Shown: positions 18,609 through 28,234, counted from the first letter of the stretch. The stretch: 32,000 nucleotides of DNA from Okeania sp. (GCF_035285525.1 NZ_JAYKGW010000071.1:26386-58385); one strand, 5' to 3'. Numbers and translations are program-made. Notes: a model not told the origin generated them from the letters alone.

Positions 18609-19208
18609 TTATTCTATTTCAGTTGGTGGTACTTCTGTTTGATTTCTTTTAGTCAACTTACGATGCAAAGTTTTTACTCCTGACCATAATAACCAAATTA
18701 CTATAAAAACTATTATTGCTGCTAATACTGGTACAGAGATTGCCAACATTGACAACATTGTGGAACTTAATAACTCCATTGTGGAAACTCCAGGATTAGC
18801 TAAACCTCCTGTTAGAGATGTGGAAGCTAGTCTGGTGACATCTGTTAAACCTTGGACAGTTCCTGCTGAATCACCACCAACTATTATAGCGATAGTCCAT
18901 TGTAACATTGGACTCATTTCGCTCACAAATGAGCTTGTAATCATAGTACCCGCAACAACTGCTGTTGGGGTAGCAAGAATATCTAGTAGCTCATCTACCC
19001 AAGGAATGTAATAAGCGGCAACTTCTATGAATGCACCTACTCCAAAAGTGACTGTTGCTTCCGGAGTTCCTATCCATGCAAAGTCATTAGATAGTTGCAA
19101 ATGTCCTGATTGTGATGCAATGCTCATTATCAGTGGAGGCACAAATATCCGAAATCCACAAGCTGCACTTAATCCTACTCCTAGACAAATACCTAATAGA
19201 GTTTCCAT
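18609..19208 (-). CDS. DUF4126-like integral membrane protein
   Basis: About five hydrophobic segments, N-terminal GVGLSAACGFRIFVPPL and a charged C-terminal tail. The family name is from memory. Confidence 0.65.
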   Translation of the reverse strand: METLLGICLGVGLSAACGFRIFVPPLIMSIASQSGHLQLSNDFAWIGTPEATVTFGVGAFIEVAAYYIPWVDELLDILATPTAVVAGTMITSSFVSEMSPMLQWTIAIIVGGDSAGTVQGLTDVTRLASTSLTGGLANPGVSTMELLSSTMLSMLAISVPVLAAIIVFIVIWLLWSGVKTLHRKLTKRNQTEVPPTEIE

Positions 19209-19350
19209 TTTTTTATCCTCATAAAAACTGTTAATTTTTTGCTCTAATTCTATCGGTTACCTAATGATTATTAGAACTAAAATATAGTACGCATTCAGCT
19301 ATTAGCTATCAGCTACTCCGAAGACAATGCTGACAAGAAATTAAAAATTA

Positions 19351-19430
19351 TCAACCGGATTTATTGCCCTAATTATTGTTTTTTAAATCACGAAATTTTC
19401 TTAATGGCTCCGGTTTTTGTGTAAGTTTTA
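19351..19430. repeat. Degenerate copy of the ..ccgg.tttattgcc..ccggttt.tgtgtaagt hairpin element
   Basis: tcaaccggatttattgccctaattattg..ggctccggtttttgtgtaagtttta. Confidence 0.7.
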
Positions 19431-19635
19431 CAAACGTTACATCGAAGGTCCCTGCTTTTTACTTCAGGCAAAAAATTTTCCATAAGCTAACCCTCAATAA
19501 AAATAAATTCTAATTGTAATTATTGACATAATGCAATAAATGTGGTACAAGATAATGTACAGATTCTGAAGCATAGCAGTAAAAACATCTTGCTCCGGTG
19601 CTAGGTATTCCTTTTTTTTCCATAATTATGACTAT

Positions 19636-19739
19636 TAGGACTAAAGTTATGGGAACCTAGAAATCCGGTTTCTCTTAGAAGTTTACAGTTCAAAACAAGG
19701 ATTTGCCCAAGAAACCGGGTTCCTCCCGTGTAAGTCCTA
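19636..19739. mobile_element. Second copy of the taggact..aagtccta MITE-like element
   Basis: Aligns along its whole length with 9076-9185 (taggactaaag.tat.gga..agaaa.ccggtttct.ttaga..ttgaaaaca/ttcaaaaca..agaaaccgggtt..gtaagtccta). Confidence 0.8.
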
Positions 19740-19983
19740 ACTGTGTAAGACAACCTATCTATCCTCTCAAAATACATACAATAAGGAAACACAAAAAAAT
19801 GCTTCTTATACATTTGCTTACCTTGAAGAAAAAATAGACAAAATAATTCTCTAAATTGTCATAAATAAGGATTAAAAATATGGCAGCAGATTTCATCAAG
19901 TTTTGGCTACAGCTATTACAGGCAAAATGCCTGTTTTATAGATACTGGGAATCTGCTGTCAGATAAATTAATAGTGGAGACGG

Positions 19984-21480
19984 ATGATAATGATAGGGCA
20001 TTTATTAGAACTAGACGATTTAAAAAAAGTTAGTAGCCCGCAAAAAATAGTAGCTTTGTTTGAAAAACTTGGCTACACTTTCTATCTAAAAAATTTAGAT
20101 ATTGAACAACTAGATTTACCAGACTATTGCAGTGAAATTATTGATAATGCTTACATAATTTCCAGCCCGAAACAAGAGGAATTACAAGTATTTTTAGTGG
20201 AGTTAAGACTAGGAAAATTTCCAACCAACTGTAAAGAACAAGAAAAAATAATAACTATTTATCGAACTATCTCGAAAAGCAAAAATAATTTTTTATTAAT
20301 TGGCACAAATAACTACGATAAGTTAATAATAATTGCGCCTAGAAACAGAAAAAATATAAATATTCAAAATCAAATCAAATGGTGGTTAATTGACTGTAAA
20401 AATCCTAGCCATTATGATACTTATTGGCTAGAAAGTGTAACTATAAATTATTGGGAATCTACAGGAAAATTCACCAATAATAAAAACCATACCGAAAATA
20501 GCTATGACCCCGATCTAGAACCACCGACTGCAACATTTACTGAAGATTCAACCCAACTTTATCAACAACAAATTAATAATATATCCCGCTTACATCCGGA
20601 AGAAGAAATTCATTTAGCACATCAAATTGATGAATTATTATCTTTAAAGCAAACTTATCAAGAATTAGAGGAAAAACTCAAGCGATCGCCTAAGGAACAA
20701 GAATGGGCAACAGCAGTAGAAATAAGTCTATTAGAGTTACGCGATCGCCTCCAACAAGGTAGACAAGCTCAAAATAAAATGGTGAAAGCTAATCTCAGAC
20801 TGGTGGTTTCAATAGCTAAACGATATCAAAACCGTGGGTTAGACTTACAAGACCTAATTCAAGAAGGAAGTATAGGATTAATTCGTGCCACCGAAAAATT
20901 TGACCACACAAAAGGTTATAAGTTTTCTACATACGGTATTTGGTGGATTCGACAAGCTATTACCAGAGCTATTTGTGATCATTCTCGGACGATCCGGTTG
21001 CCAGTTTATCTCTATGAAACTGTCTCCCAAATGAAAAAAATAGTTAAACAAATGTCAATAGAATGTTTTCCTCTAACAGCAGAAGAAGTAGCGACACGGA
21101 TGGAGATGACCACAGAGAAATTGCGATTTATTGTAGAATGCGCTCAAGAAACTCTATCTCTAGAGGAAGTACTTATTAGTCAAGAAGAAAATATTATCTA
21201 TCAGAAAGCGATCAAGTTTGATGGGAAAACACCAGCAAAATATGTCTTTGAAAGTTGCCTGGAAGAAGATGTAGAAACTGTTCTCAAAACTTTAACTGAA
21301 CGTGAAAGAAGTGTATTGCAAATGCGATTTGGTTTTGATGATGGTCAAGAAAAGACTCTGAAAGAAATTGGCGAGCTATTTAATTTAACGCGGGAAAGAA
21401 TTAGGCAAATAGAAGCTAAAGCATTGAAAAAATTGGCAGATCCTAGACGGAACCGTATTGTCAGAGAATATATTCGCTAG
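19984..21480 (+). CDS. RpoD-family (group-2-like) RNA polymerase sigma factor with a ~185-aa non-canonical N-terminal extension
   Basis: Region 1.2 DSTQLYQQQI, region 2 IQEGSIGLIRATEKFDHTKGYKFSTYGIWWIRQAITRAI, region 3 RTIRLPVYLYET, region 4.2 LTRERIRQIEAKALKKL. GGAG lies 5-8 nt upstream of the ATG at 19984. Confidence 0.9.
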   Translation: MIMIGHLLELDDLKKVSSPQKIVALFEKLGYTFYLKNLDIEQLDLPDYCSEIIDNAYIISSPKQEELQVFLVELRLGKFPTNCKEQEKIITIYRTISKSKNNFLLIGTNNYDKLIIIAPRNRKNINIQNQIKWWLIDCKNPSHYDTYWLESVTINYWESTGKFTNNKNHTENSYDPDLEPPTATFTEDSTQLYQQQINNISRLHPEEEIHLAHQIDELLSLKQTYQELEEKLKRSPKEQEWATAVEISLLELRDRLQQGRQAQNKMVKANLRLVVSIAKRYQNRGLDLQDLIQEGSIGLIRATEKFDHTKGYKFSTYGIWWIRQAITRAICDHSRTIRLPVYLYETVSQMKKIVKQMSIECFPLTAEEVATRMEMTTEKLRFIVECAQETLSLEEVLISQEENIIYQKAIKFDGKTPAKYVFESCLEEDVETVLKTLTERERSVLQMRFGFDDGQEKTLKEIGELFNLTRERIRQIEAKALKKLADPRRNRIVREYIR

Positions 21481-21663
21481 AAAATGATATGGTGAAAAAG
21501 TATTTTTAAGGGGATGGGGGGATGGGGAGTATTTTTTTTTCCCAACTCTTACCTCTTGCCCAAAATACGCTGGTTGAAGAGATAGTCGGAAGAACCTTGA
21601 TTTTTCTCCCCTTGTCTGGTTCAATTTAGGAAGTAGTTAAGATTGAATAATTCATAATTAATC

Positions 21664-21778
21664 AAGACTTACGCACTCGCAACGTATTTTTGTCATTGAT
21701 CGCAAGGATCGTTGGCGAAGCAGTCCATCAGGATAGCAATCTCAAACCTTGAAGTTGCGTTTCTAATGCGTAAGTCTT
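21664..21778. repeat. 115-bp hairpin element bounded by aagacttacgca / tgcgtaagtctt
   Basis: 12-bp inverted termini. The interior (tgtcattg..gcgaagcagtcc..agcaatctca) resembles 30176-30225. Confidence 0.8.
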
Positions 21779-21972
21779 ATAATAATTATCTCTTCTTATA
21801 AAGAAGAGGAACAGAGAAGCTATAAAATAGACATCTCCAATAATAAAAATAAAATTAATTATTGCACAGAAATTATCAATTATTTCCCCCTATTTTCTAC
21901 TCTCTATTCCCTAATTATAGCAGTCGAATATTGGGCGCGGACATCTCTAAATCCTGAATTTTTGAGAACCTC

Positions 21973-22007
21973 CTGTTCCCTGTTCCCTGTTCCCTGTTCC
22001 CTGTTCC
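21973..22007. repeat. STRR heptamer tract (ctgttcc)x5
   Basis: Five perfect heptamers just upstream of the ilvA ATG at 22031. Confidence 0.95.
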
Positions 22008-22030
22008 CTAGCGCTATAATAAAAAAACCT

Positions 22031-23542
22031 ATGTATTGTGATTACCTAGTACAAATTCTCACCGCCCGCGTCTACGATGTAGCTCAAGAATCACCACTTG
22101 AACCTGCTCCCAACCTGTCAACTCGCCTAAATAATAACCTCTTACTTAAACGAGAAGATATGCAGTCAGTCTTCTCCTTCAAACTCCGGGGAGCTTACAA
22201 CAAAATGGCTCAACTCCCCTCCGAAATTCTTTCCCGTGGAGTTATAGCAGCTTCCGCAGGCAACCACGCTCAAGGAGTAGCTCTCGCTGCAACTCACCTC
22301 AATACCAAAGCCATAATTATAATGCCAGTAACTACCCCCCAACTAAAAGTTGATGCTGTCAGAGCTAGAGGAGGAGAAGTTGTTTTGCATGGGGAAACTT
22401 TCGATGAAGCTTATAAATACGCTCGGCAACTGGAAGCAGAAAAAGGTTTAACCTTTATTCATCCTTTTGACGACCCCTACGTGATCGCCGGACAAGGTAC
22501 AATAGGTATGGAAATTCTCCGCCAATGCCAAAAACCTATCCATGCAATATTTGTTGCCATCGGTGGTGGTGGTTTAATTTCCGGTATTGCAGCTTATGTC
22601 AAACGGTTGCGCCCCGAAATCAAAATTATTGGTGTTGAACCTGTGGATGCTGATGCTATGTCACAGTCTTTAAAAGCTGGACACCGAGTTCGTTTACCCC
22701 AGGTAGGATTATTTGCTGATGGCGTAGCAGTACGAGAAGTAGGAGAAGAAACATTTCGTCTTTGTCAACAATATGTAGATGAAATTATTCTCGTAGAAAC
22801 TGATGATACTTGTGCTGCTATTAAAGATGTTTTTGAAGATACCCGTTCCATTGTTGAACCCGCTGGCGCCTTAGCGATCGCCGGAGCCAAAGCTTACGTC
22901 GAACAAAAACAAATTCAAGGAGAAACTCTCATAGCTGTCGCCTGCGGAGCAAATATGAATTTTGACCGTCTCCGGTTTGTCGCCGAACGTGCCGAACTAG
23001 GAGAACGTCGAGAAGCTATCTTTGCTGTTACCATTCCGGAAACTCCAGGTAGTCTCCGCAAATTTTGTGACTGTCTTGGTAAACGTAATATTACCGAGTT
23101 TAACTATCGCATTGCCCACGAAAAAGAAGCACATATTTTTGTGGGAGTGCAAATAAAAGACCGTGCTGATGCTGCCAGAATATTAGAAACATTTGAAACC
23201 CAAGGTATGAAAACCATAGATTTAACAGATGACGAACTGACAAAATTACACCTGCGTCATCTCGTCGGGGGTCGTTCTCCCCTCGCCCACCATGAACTAC
23301 TTTACCGTTTTGAGTTTCCCGAACGCCCAGGGGCATTAATGAAATTCGTCGCCTCCATGAGTCCCAACTGGAATATTAGTTTATTCCATTATAGAAATAA
23401 TGGGGCAGATTATGGACGTATTGTGGTAGGAATCCAAGTCCCCCCCTACGAGGTGGCCGAATGGCAAGCTTTTCTCCAGAGCTTAGATTATCCCTATTGG
23501 GATGAAAGCAAAAATCCAGCTTATAAATTATTCTTGGCCTAG
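22031..23542 (+). CDS. ilvA: Biosynthetic threonine ammonia-lyase (threonine dehydratase) with two C-terminal regulatory domains
   Basis: PLP lysine motif SFKLRGAYN, GNHAQGVA and GGGGLISG. The C-terminal duplicated regulatory region is about 170 aa. The start is set at MYCDYLVQILTARVYD. Confidence 0.93.
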   Translation: MYCDYLVQILTARVYDVAQESPLEPAPNLSTRLNNNLLLKREDMQSVFSFKLRGAYNKMAQLPSEILSRGVIAASAGNHAQGVALAATHLNTKAIIIMPVTTPQLKVDAVRARGGEVVLHGETFDEAYKYARQLEAEKGLTFIHPFDDPYVIAGQGTIGMEILRQCQKPIHAIFVAIGGGGLISGIAAYVKRLRPEIKIIGVEPVDADAMSQSLKAGHRVRLPQVGLFADGVAVREVGEETFRLCQQYVDEIILVETDDTCAAIKDVFEDTRSIVEPAGALAIAGAKAYVEQKQIQGETLIAVACGANMNFDRLRFVAERAELGERREAIFAVTIPETPGSLRKFCDCLGKRNITEFNYRIAHEKEAHIFVGVQIKDRADAARILETFETQGMKTIDLTDDELTKLHLRHLVGGRSPLAHHELLYRFEFPERPGALMKFVASMSPNWNISLFHYRNNGADYGRIVVGIQVPPYEVAEWQAFLQSLDYPYWDESKNPAYKLFLA

Positions 23543-23748
23543 TTCAAAATAATTTTTATGCTCAACTACTCCCTGATTATGCTATGGTATATACTGTTTC
23601 ATCTCCTACTAGCTACCTGGTAGTCTTGTAGAAGTAGTTGTTTCAAGTCGTTTTCATACTAATTCACTCTAAGGATGTCACAAATCTCTATTAAGAGAGC
23701 AGAACTAGAGGTAATTAAATTAATGGAAACTTAACTTGACCTGTATGT

Positions 23749-24867
23749 GTGAAAGATGAAATATTGGTCATACTAGATAAACTGAAAAATTTGGTGCAAT
23801 TAAAAACTGTTCTTGCTCAAGCAACTGACGTAAACTTAACTGATTCAAAAATAAAGTTACCCTTTACTCTCCAAGAAGTCAAAGCAGCTATTCCTCCCCA
23901 TTGTTTTGAACCTTCCCTCTGGAGGTCTCTCAGCTACTTCTTTCTAGATATTGGGATTATCGCAGGTCTATATGCCATTGCCTATAATTTAGATTCATGG
24001 TTCTTTTTTCCCCTCTTCTGGTTAATGCAAGGAACCATGTTTTGGGCATTATTTGTAGTTGGACATGACTGCGGTCATGGTTCCTTCTCCAAATCCAAAT
24101 GGGTTAATAATTTAATTGGGCATTTGTGCCATATTCCCATTCTCGTGCCATACCACGGTTGGCGCATTAGTCACAGAACTCACCATGCCAATACTGGAAA
24201 TATAGACACTGATGAAAGTTGGTATCCAGTGTCTGAGAGTAAGTACAATAATATGTCTTGGCCTGAAAAGATAGGTCGCTTTTATATAGTATTACTTGCT
24301 TATCCATTCTATCTATTTAAGCGATCGCCTAACCGCGAAGGTTCCCATTTTATGCCTGAGAGTCCCTTATTCCGTCCTAATGAAAAATGGGATGTGTTAA
24401 CCAGTTCTGCACTCTGGATGTTAATGGTAGGATGCCTCGGTTGGCTAACTTATCAATTTGGTTGGGTCTTCCTGGTAAAATATTACCTAGTTCCTTATAT
24501 CATATTTGTCATCTGGCTAGATTTAGTCACTTTCCTACACCACACAGAACCAGACATTCCTTGGTATCGTGGAGACGACTGGTATTTTCTCAAAGGTGCA
24601 TTATCAAGTATTGACCGCGACTATGGTTTCATTAATTCTATTCATCACGATATTGGTACTCATGTCGCCCATCATATCTTTTTGAATATGCCTCATTATC
24701 ACTTGAAAACAGCAACTGAGGCAATCAAACCTATCCTGGGTAAATATTATCGCCAGTCAAGTGAACCAATATGGAAGAGTTTTATCAACTCTTACCTGAA
24801 TTGTCATTTTGTCTCAGACGCAGGTTCCCCAGTATATTATCAATCAGATTGGAAAAAACCCTCCTAA
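23749..24867 (+). CDS. desB: Acyl-lipid omega-3 (delta-15) fatty acid desaturase
   Basis: Histidine boxes GHDCGHGSF, HRTHH and HHDIGTHVAHH. LPFTLQEVKAAIPPHCF and FWLMQGTMFWALFVVGHDCGH resemble Anabaena DesB as I recall it. There is no in-frame ATG near the 5' end, so the start is GTG 23749 or a nearby TTG. Confidence 0.8.
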   Translation: MKDEILVILDKLKNLVQLKTVLAQATDVNLTDSKIKLPFTLQEVKAAIPPHCFEPSLWRSLSYFFLDIGIIAGLYAIAYNLDSWFFFPLFWLMQGTMFWALFVVGHDCGHGSFSKSKWVNNLIGHLCHIPILVPYHGWRISHRTHHANTGNIDTDESWYPVSESKYNNMSWPEKIGRFYIVLLAYPFYLFKRSPNREGSHFMPESPLFRPNEKWDVLTSSALWMLMVGCLGWLTYQFGWVFLVKYYLVPYIIFVIWLDLVTFLHHTEPDIPWYRGDDWYFLKGALSSIDRDYGFINSIHHDIGTHVAHHIFLNMPHYHLKTATEAIKPILGKYYRQSSEPIWKSFINSYLNCHFVSDAGSPVYYQSDWKKPS

Positions 24868-25070
24868 TTAGGGTTTGCGATTGGAAGTCTGATGGTGAAA
24901 GTAGGGAGTAGGGAATAGTTAGGGGTGGCTAATTAAATATCAAAGGTTTTCCTGGTAAAAAAAATTTTAGCCTTTTTAAGCCTTGAAATAGTTAGGCTAC
25001 AAAATTACTCCCTATTCCCCCATCACCCCATTACTTTATCTCCTGAAAAATACTTTTTCAGCAAACCCTA
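24868..25070. mobile_element. ~200-bp inverted-repeat element filling the convergent spacer between desB and the gene at 25074
   Basis: ttagggtttgc (24868-24878) against gcaaaccctag (25061-25071). The same termini bound 27981-28234. Confidence 0.6.
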
Positions 25071-25073
25071 GTG

Positions 25074-25694
25074 TTAGATTACTTCCCCATCAAACAGACT
25101 AATCCAAAATCTCTGCATACCCGACGTACCAGTACAGAATAGCAATTTACCTAATAATTCTAAACCTAATTGATTTAACTTTTCCTCGGAATTGTAGGCC
25201 ATGACACCAGAACGCCGAGGGTTCATACGACTACGAAAATGCGCTCTAAACTGTTGCAAATAAAAGGATAATTGTAAATGACTTTCTAATGGTAACTGTT
25301 TTTGGCTTAACTGTTGATAATCAAATAAAAGTTTCCGAACTGGAGCGGTTAAACGTCTGGCCAAGTGACCGATAATAATTACGAGGGCCTTAGCTTCGGT
25401 CAATGTTAAGGGACGGCGTTGACTATTTTGACGTAGGGGATTTGTACTACGCAATCGCCACAAAAAAACACGATTAGGAATAATCTCTTCTAGTTCTAAG
25501 TCTTTGACAACCTTCAGCATTATTTCAGCTCCTCCAAGTTGTAAAGCTTCAATGGCCAAAAGCATTAAATCAATTTGGGTTCTAGTTCTTCGGGGACACC
25601 CACCATCAGGGAGAGGTATATCTGGTAAATTATTCAATATCAATGTTTTAGATGGACTGAGAGAAGTTTTTAATTCCATTACTTTATGTAGCAA
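25074..25694 (-). CDS. Conserved cyanobacterial hypothetical protein (DUF3038-like by recollection)
   Basis: 206-aa ORF divergent from apt with RTQIDLMLLAIEAL, RVFLWRLRSTNP and TEAKALVIIIGHLARRL. The family name is unverified. Confidence 0.6.
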   Translation of the reverse strand: MLHKVMELKTSLSPSKTLILNNLPDIPLPDGGCPRRTRTQIDLMLLAIEALQLGGAEIMLKVVKDLELEEIIPNRVFLWRLRSTNPLRQNSQRRPLTLTEAKALVIIIGHLARRLTAPVRKLLFDYQQLSQKQLPLESHLQLSFYLQQFRAHFRSRMNPRRSGVMAYNSEEKLNQLGLELLGKLLFCTGTSGMQRFWISLFDGEVI

Positions 25695-25811
25695 TATTCT
25701 CTGTTTTTATAGAAAGAAATATAGTTCGATTACTGAATTTTGTTTCAATGATACAATTTCTTGCTCCAAATCTGATATATTTTTAACTTTGACTTTTAAC
25801 TTAAAATTATA

Positions 25812-26324
25812 ATGGAACTAAAAAATTTAATTCGTGATATACCAGATTTTCCTAAAGAGGGAATTTTATTCCGGGATATTACTACTCTTCTCAGCGCTCC
25901 GGATGGTTTACGTTACACTATTGACATTTTGACCGAAAAATGCTTAGAATTTGAACCAGATTATATAGTAGGCATTGAATCTAGGGGCTTTATTTTTGGT
26001 GTGCCTTTAGCCTATAAGTTGAAGATCGGTTTTATACCAGTCCGTAAACCAGGAAAGTTACCCGCAAAAGTTTACTCAGTTTCTTATGATTTGGAGTATG
26101 GCCAAGATAGTTTGGAAATGCACCAAGATGCAATGGCATCAGGTAGTCGAGTTTTAGTAATTGATGATTTATTGGCAACGGGTGGTACTGCGGGAGCTGT
26201 AGCTCAATTAATAGAAAAAGCAAATTGTAATTTAGTAGGTTTTGGTTTTGTGATTGAGTTAAAAGATTTAGGTGGGCGTCAAAAATTGCCAGAAGTGCCA
26301 ATAGTGAGTTTGATTGAATACTAA
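25812..26324 (+). CDS. apt: Adenine phosphoribosyltransferase
   Basis: [23 protein letters not shown] and the PRPP loop [14 protein letters not shown]. Confidence 0.95.
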   Translation: MELKNLIRDIPDFPKEGILFRDITTLLSAPDGLRYTIDILTEKCLEFEPDYIVGIESRGFIFGVPLAYKLKIGFIPVRKPGKLPAKVYSVSYDLEYGQDSLEMHQDAMASGSRVLVIDDLLATGGTAGAVAQLIEKANCNLVGFGFVIELKDLGGRQKLPEVPIVSLIEY

Positions 26325-26328
26325 AAAT

Positions 26329-26830
26329 AGGGAGTAGGGAGTAGGGAGTAGGAAGTAGGAAGTAGTATTTAGGATGAATATTTATAATTTATATGTAGCT
26401 AGTAGCTATCAGAAATGATTGGTGAAAAAAGCTGTAGGGGTTTAGTTTCCCAGTCCCATTTTCCTGGAAGTTTGGAGATAAAAACCAAAGGATAAAATAT
26501 CACATATTAGGGAGTAGGGAGTAGTTCAGAAGTAGTATTTAGGATGAATTTTTATATATAAAATATAGAGTAGGGAATAGCTATCAGAAATGATTGGTGA
26601 AAAAAGCTGTAGGGGTTTAGTTTCCAAATCCCATTTTCCTGGAAGTTTGGAGATAAAAACCAAAGGATAAAATATTACATATTAGGGAGTAGGGAGTAGG
26701 GAGTAGGGAGTAGTTCAGAAGTAGTATTTAGGATGAATCTTTATATAAAATAGAGAGTAAAAAGTAGTATTTAGGATGAATATCTATGGCAGTAGCTACC
26801 AGAAATGATTGCTAAAAAAACTGATTTATC
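26329..26830. repeat. Nested tandem repeats (~170-190-bp period, about 2.7 copies) containing (gggagta)n heptamer tracts
   Basis: The anchor agtagtatttaggatgaat occurs at 26361, 26531, 26720 and 26763. agctatcagaaatgattggtgaaaaaagctgtaggggtttagtttcc occurs at 26404 and 26579. Heptamer runs lie at 26329-26350, 26511-26525 and 26684-26712. Confidence 0.9.
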
Positions 26831-26888
26831 CGGAACCGTAATTCTTATCTATTCCCTGTTCCCTGTTTCCTTATAGTTAATTTAATTA

Positions 26889-27923
26889 GTGGAGAGAAAA
26901 TTGAACTTATTAAACAAGCTAAAACAACTAATTGTCAATGAAACTGTTGCTTATATATTCAAGAGATTATTACAAGCAATATTAACTTTATTCCTAGCAT
27001 CAGCTCTGTGTTTTGCTGTGATTCAATTAGCTCCAGGTAGTTACTTAGATACTTTAAGTCAAAATCCCCAAATTTCTCAAGAAACTATTGAACAACTTAA
27101 ACAACAATTTGGGTTAGATAAGTCTCCTTTAGAACAATATTTGCGTTGGTTAAACAGAATTATTACCAATGGAAATTTTGGTAAAAGTTTTGTGTTTCAA
27201 CAACCAGTAGCAGATTTATTATGGGAGCGAATACCTGCTACCTTACTTTTGTCTATTTCTTCCTTAATAATGACCTGGGCGATCGCCATTCCTCTGGGTA
27301 TTATTGCGGGAGTTAATCAAAACCGTTTTTTAGACCGTTTTCTCCAATTAATTAGTTACACTGGTCAAGGTTTTCCTAGTTTTATTACTGCTCTATCTTT
27401 ATTATTTTTAGCTCAAAATCTTTCTCCTTTATTACCTGTGGGAGGAATGCAAAGTATCGACTATGATGACTTCTCTTTGATCGGTAAAGCTTTAGATATG
27501 GGTTGGCACATGATTTTACCAACTATTGCTTTAAGTATTACCAGTTTTGCAGGTTTACAAAGGTTAATGCGGGGGCAATTATTAGATGTTTTGCGACAAA
27601 ATTATATTCAAACAGCAAGAGCAAAAGGTCTACCTGAGAATCGAGTAATTTATGTTCATGCCTTGAGAAATGCTATTAACCCGATAGTAACTTTATTAGG
27701 ATTTGAATTTGCTACATTATTAAGTGGTTCTTTTATTGCTGAATATTTCTTTAATTGGCCTGGGTTAGGTAGTCTGATTTTGGAAGCAGTAAGAAACCAG
27801 GATTTATATTTAGTAATGGCAAGTTTAATGATGGGTGCTTTAATGTTAATTATTGGTAATTTGTTAGCTGATTTATTGTTGAAAGCTGTAGATCCTAGGA
27901 TTAAATTGGAAAGTCTGAAATAG
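26889..27923 (+). CDS. ABC transporter permease, OppB/DppB (peptide/nickel) family
   Basis: N-terminal YIFKRLLQAILTLFLASALCFAVIQLAPG and the EAA-like loop YIQTARAKGLPENRVIYVHALRNA, with six predicted TM segments. The start is GTG 26889 or nearby. Confidence 0.88.
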   Translation: MERKLNLLNKLKQLIVNETVAYIFKRLLQAILTLFLASALCFAVIQLAPGSYLDTLSQNPQISQETIEQLKQQFGLDKSPLEQYLRWLNRIITNGNFGKSFVFQQPVADLLWERIPATLLLSISSLIMTWAIAIPLGIIAGVNQNRFLDRFLQLISYTGQGFPSFITALSLLFLAQNLSPLLPVGGMQSIDYDDFSLIGKALDMGWHMILPTIALSITSFAGLQRLMRGQLLDVLRQNYIQTARAKGLPENRVIYVHALRNAINPIVTLLGFEFATLLSGSFIAEYFFNWPGLGSLILEAVRNQDLYLVMASLMMGALMLIIGNLLADLLLKAVDPRIKLESLK

Positions 27924-27980
27924 TTATTTAGTTATCAGTTATCAGCAGATTCTAAGTATATGAAGCACAAATATTAATAA

Positions 27981-28234
27981 TTAGGGCTTGCTGAATAAAG
28001 TCTTTTTGTAGAGGTAGGGAGTAGTTAAGAATTAAGAGTTGGAGGAAATTGTAGAAGAGATAGTTGTTCATAATAGCCTCTTAATTTTTTTCCCTCGCGT
28101 TACTCTAAAATACTCACTCTTTGATTTTTCGGGAACCGTGCTTGTTCAACCTAAAAACAGGTACTTTTTTCCTACCTAAAAATCCTAAAATCTTTATCTG
28201 TGAATGTTTTGATAAATAATTCAGCAAACCCTAA
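27981..28234. mobile_element. ~250-bp inverted-repeat element of the ttaggg.ttgctgaa family
   Basis: ttagggcttgctgaa (27981-27995) against ttcagcaaaccctaa (28220-28234), a 14/15 inverted match. Confidence 0.65.

Noticed and set aside
21962-22030. N-terminal extension of ilvA (MRTSCSLFPVPCSLFPSAIIKKP) suggested by the ORF track
   Set aside because: The extension starts at a TTG and is translated from the (ctgttcc)x5 STRR heptamer tract. Homology-like sequence begins at MYCDYLVQILTARVYD, so the start is set to ATG 22031.
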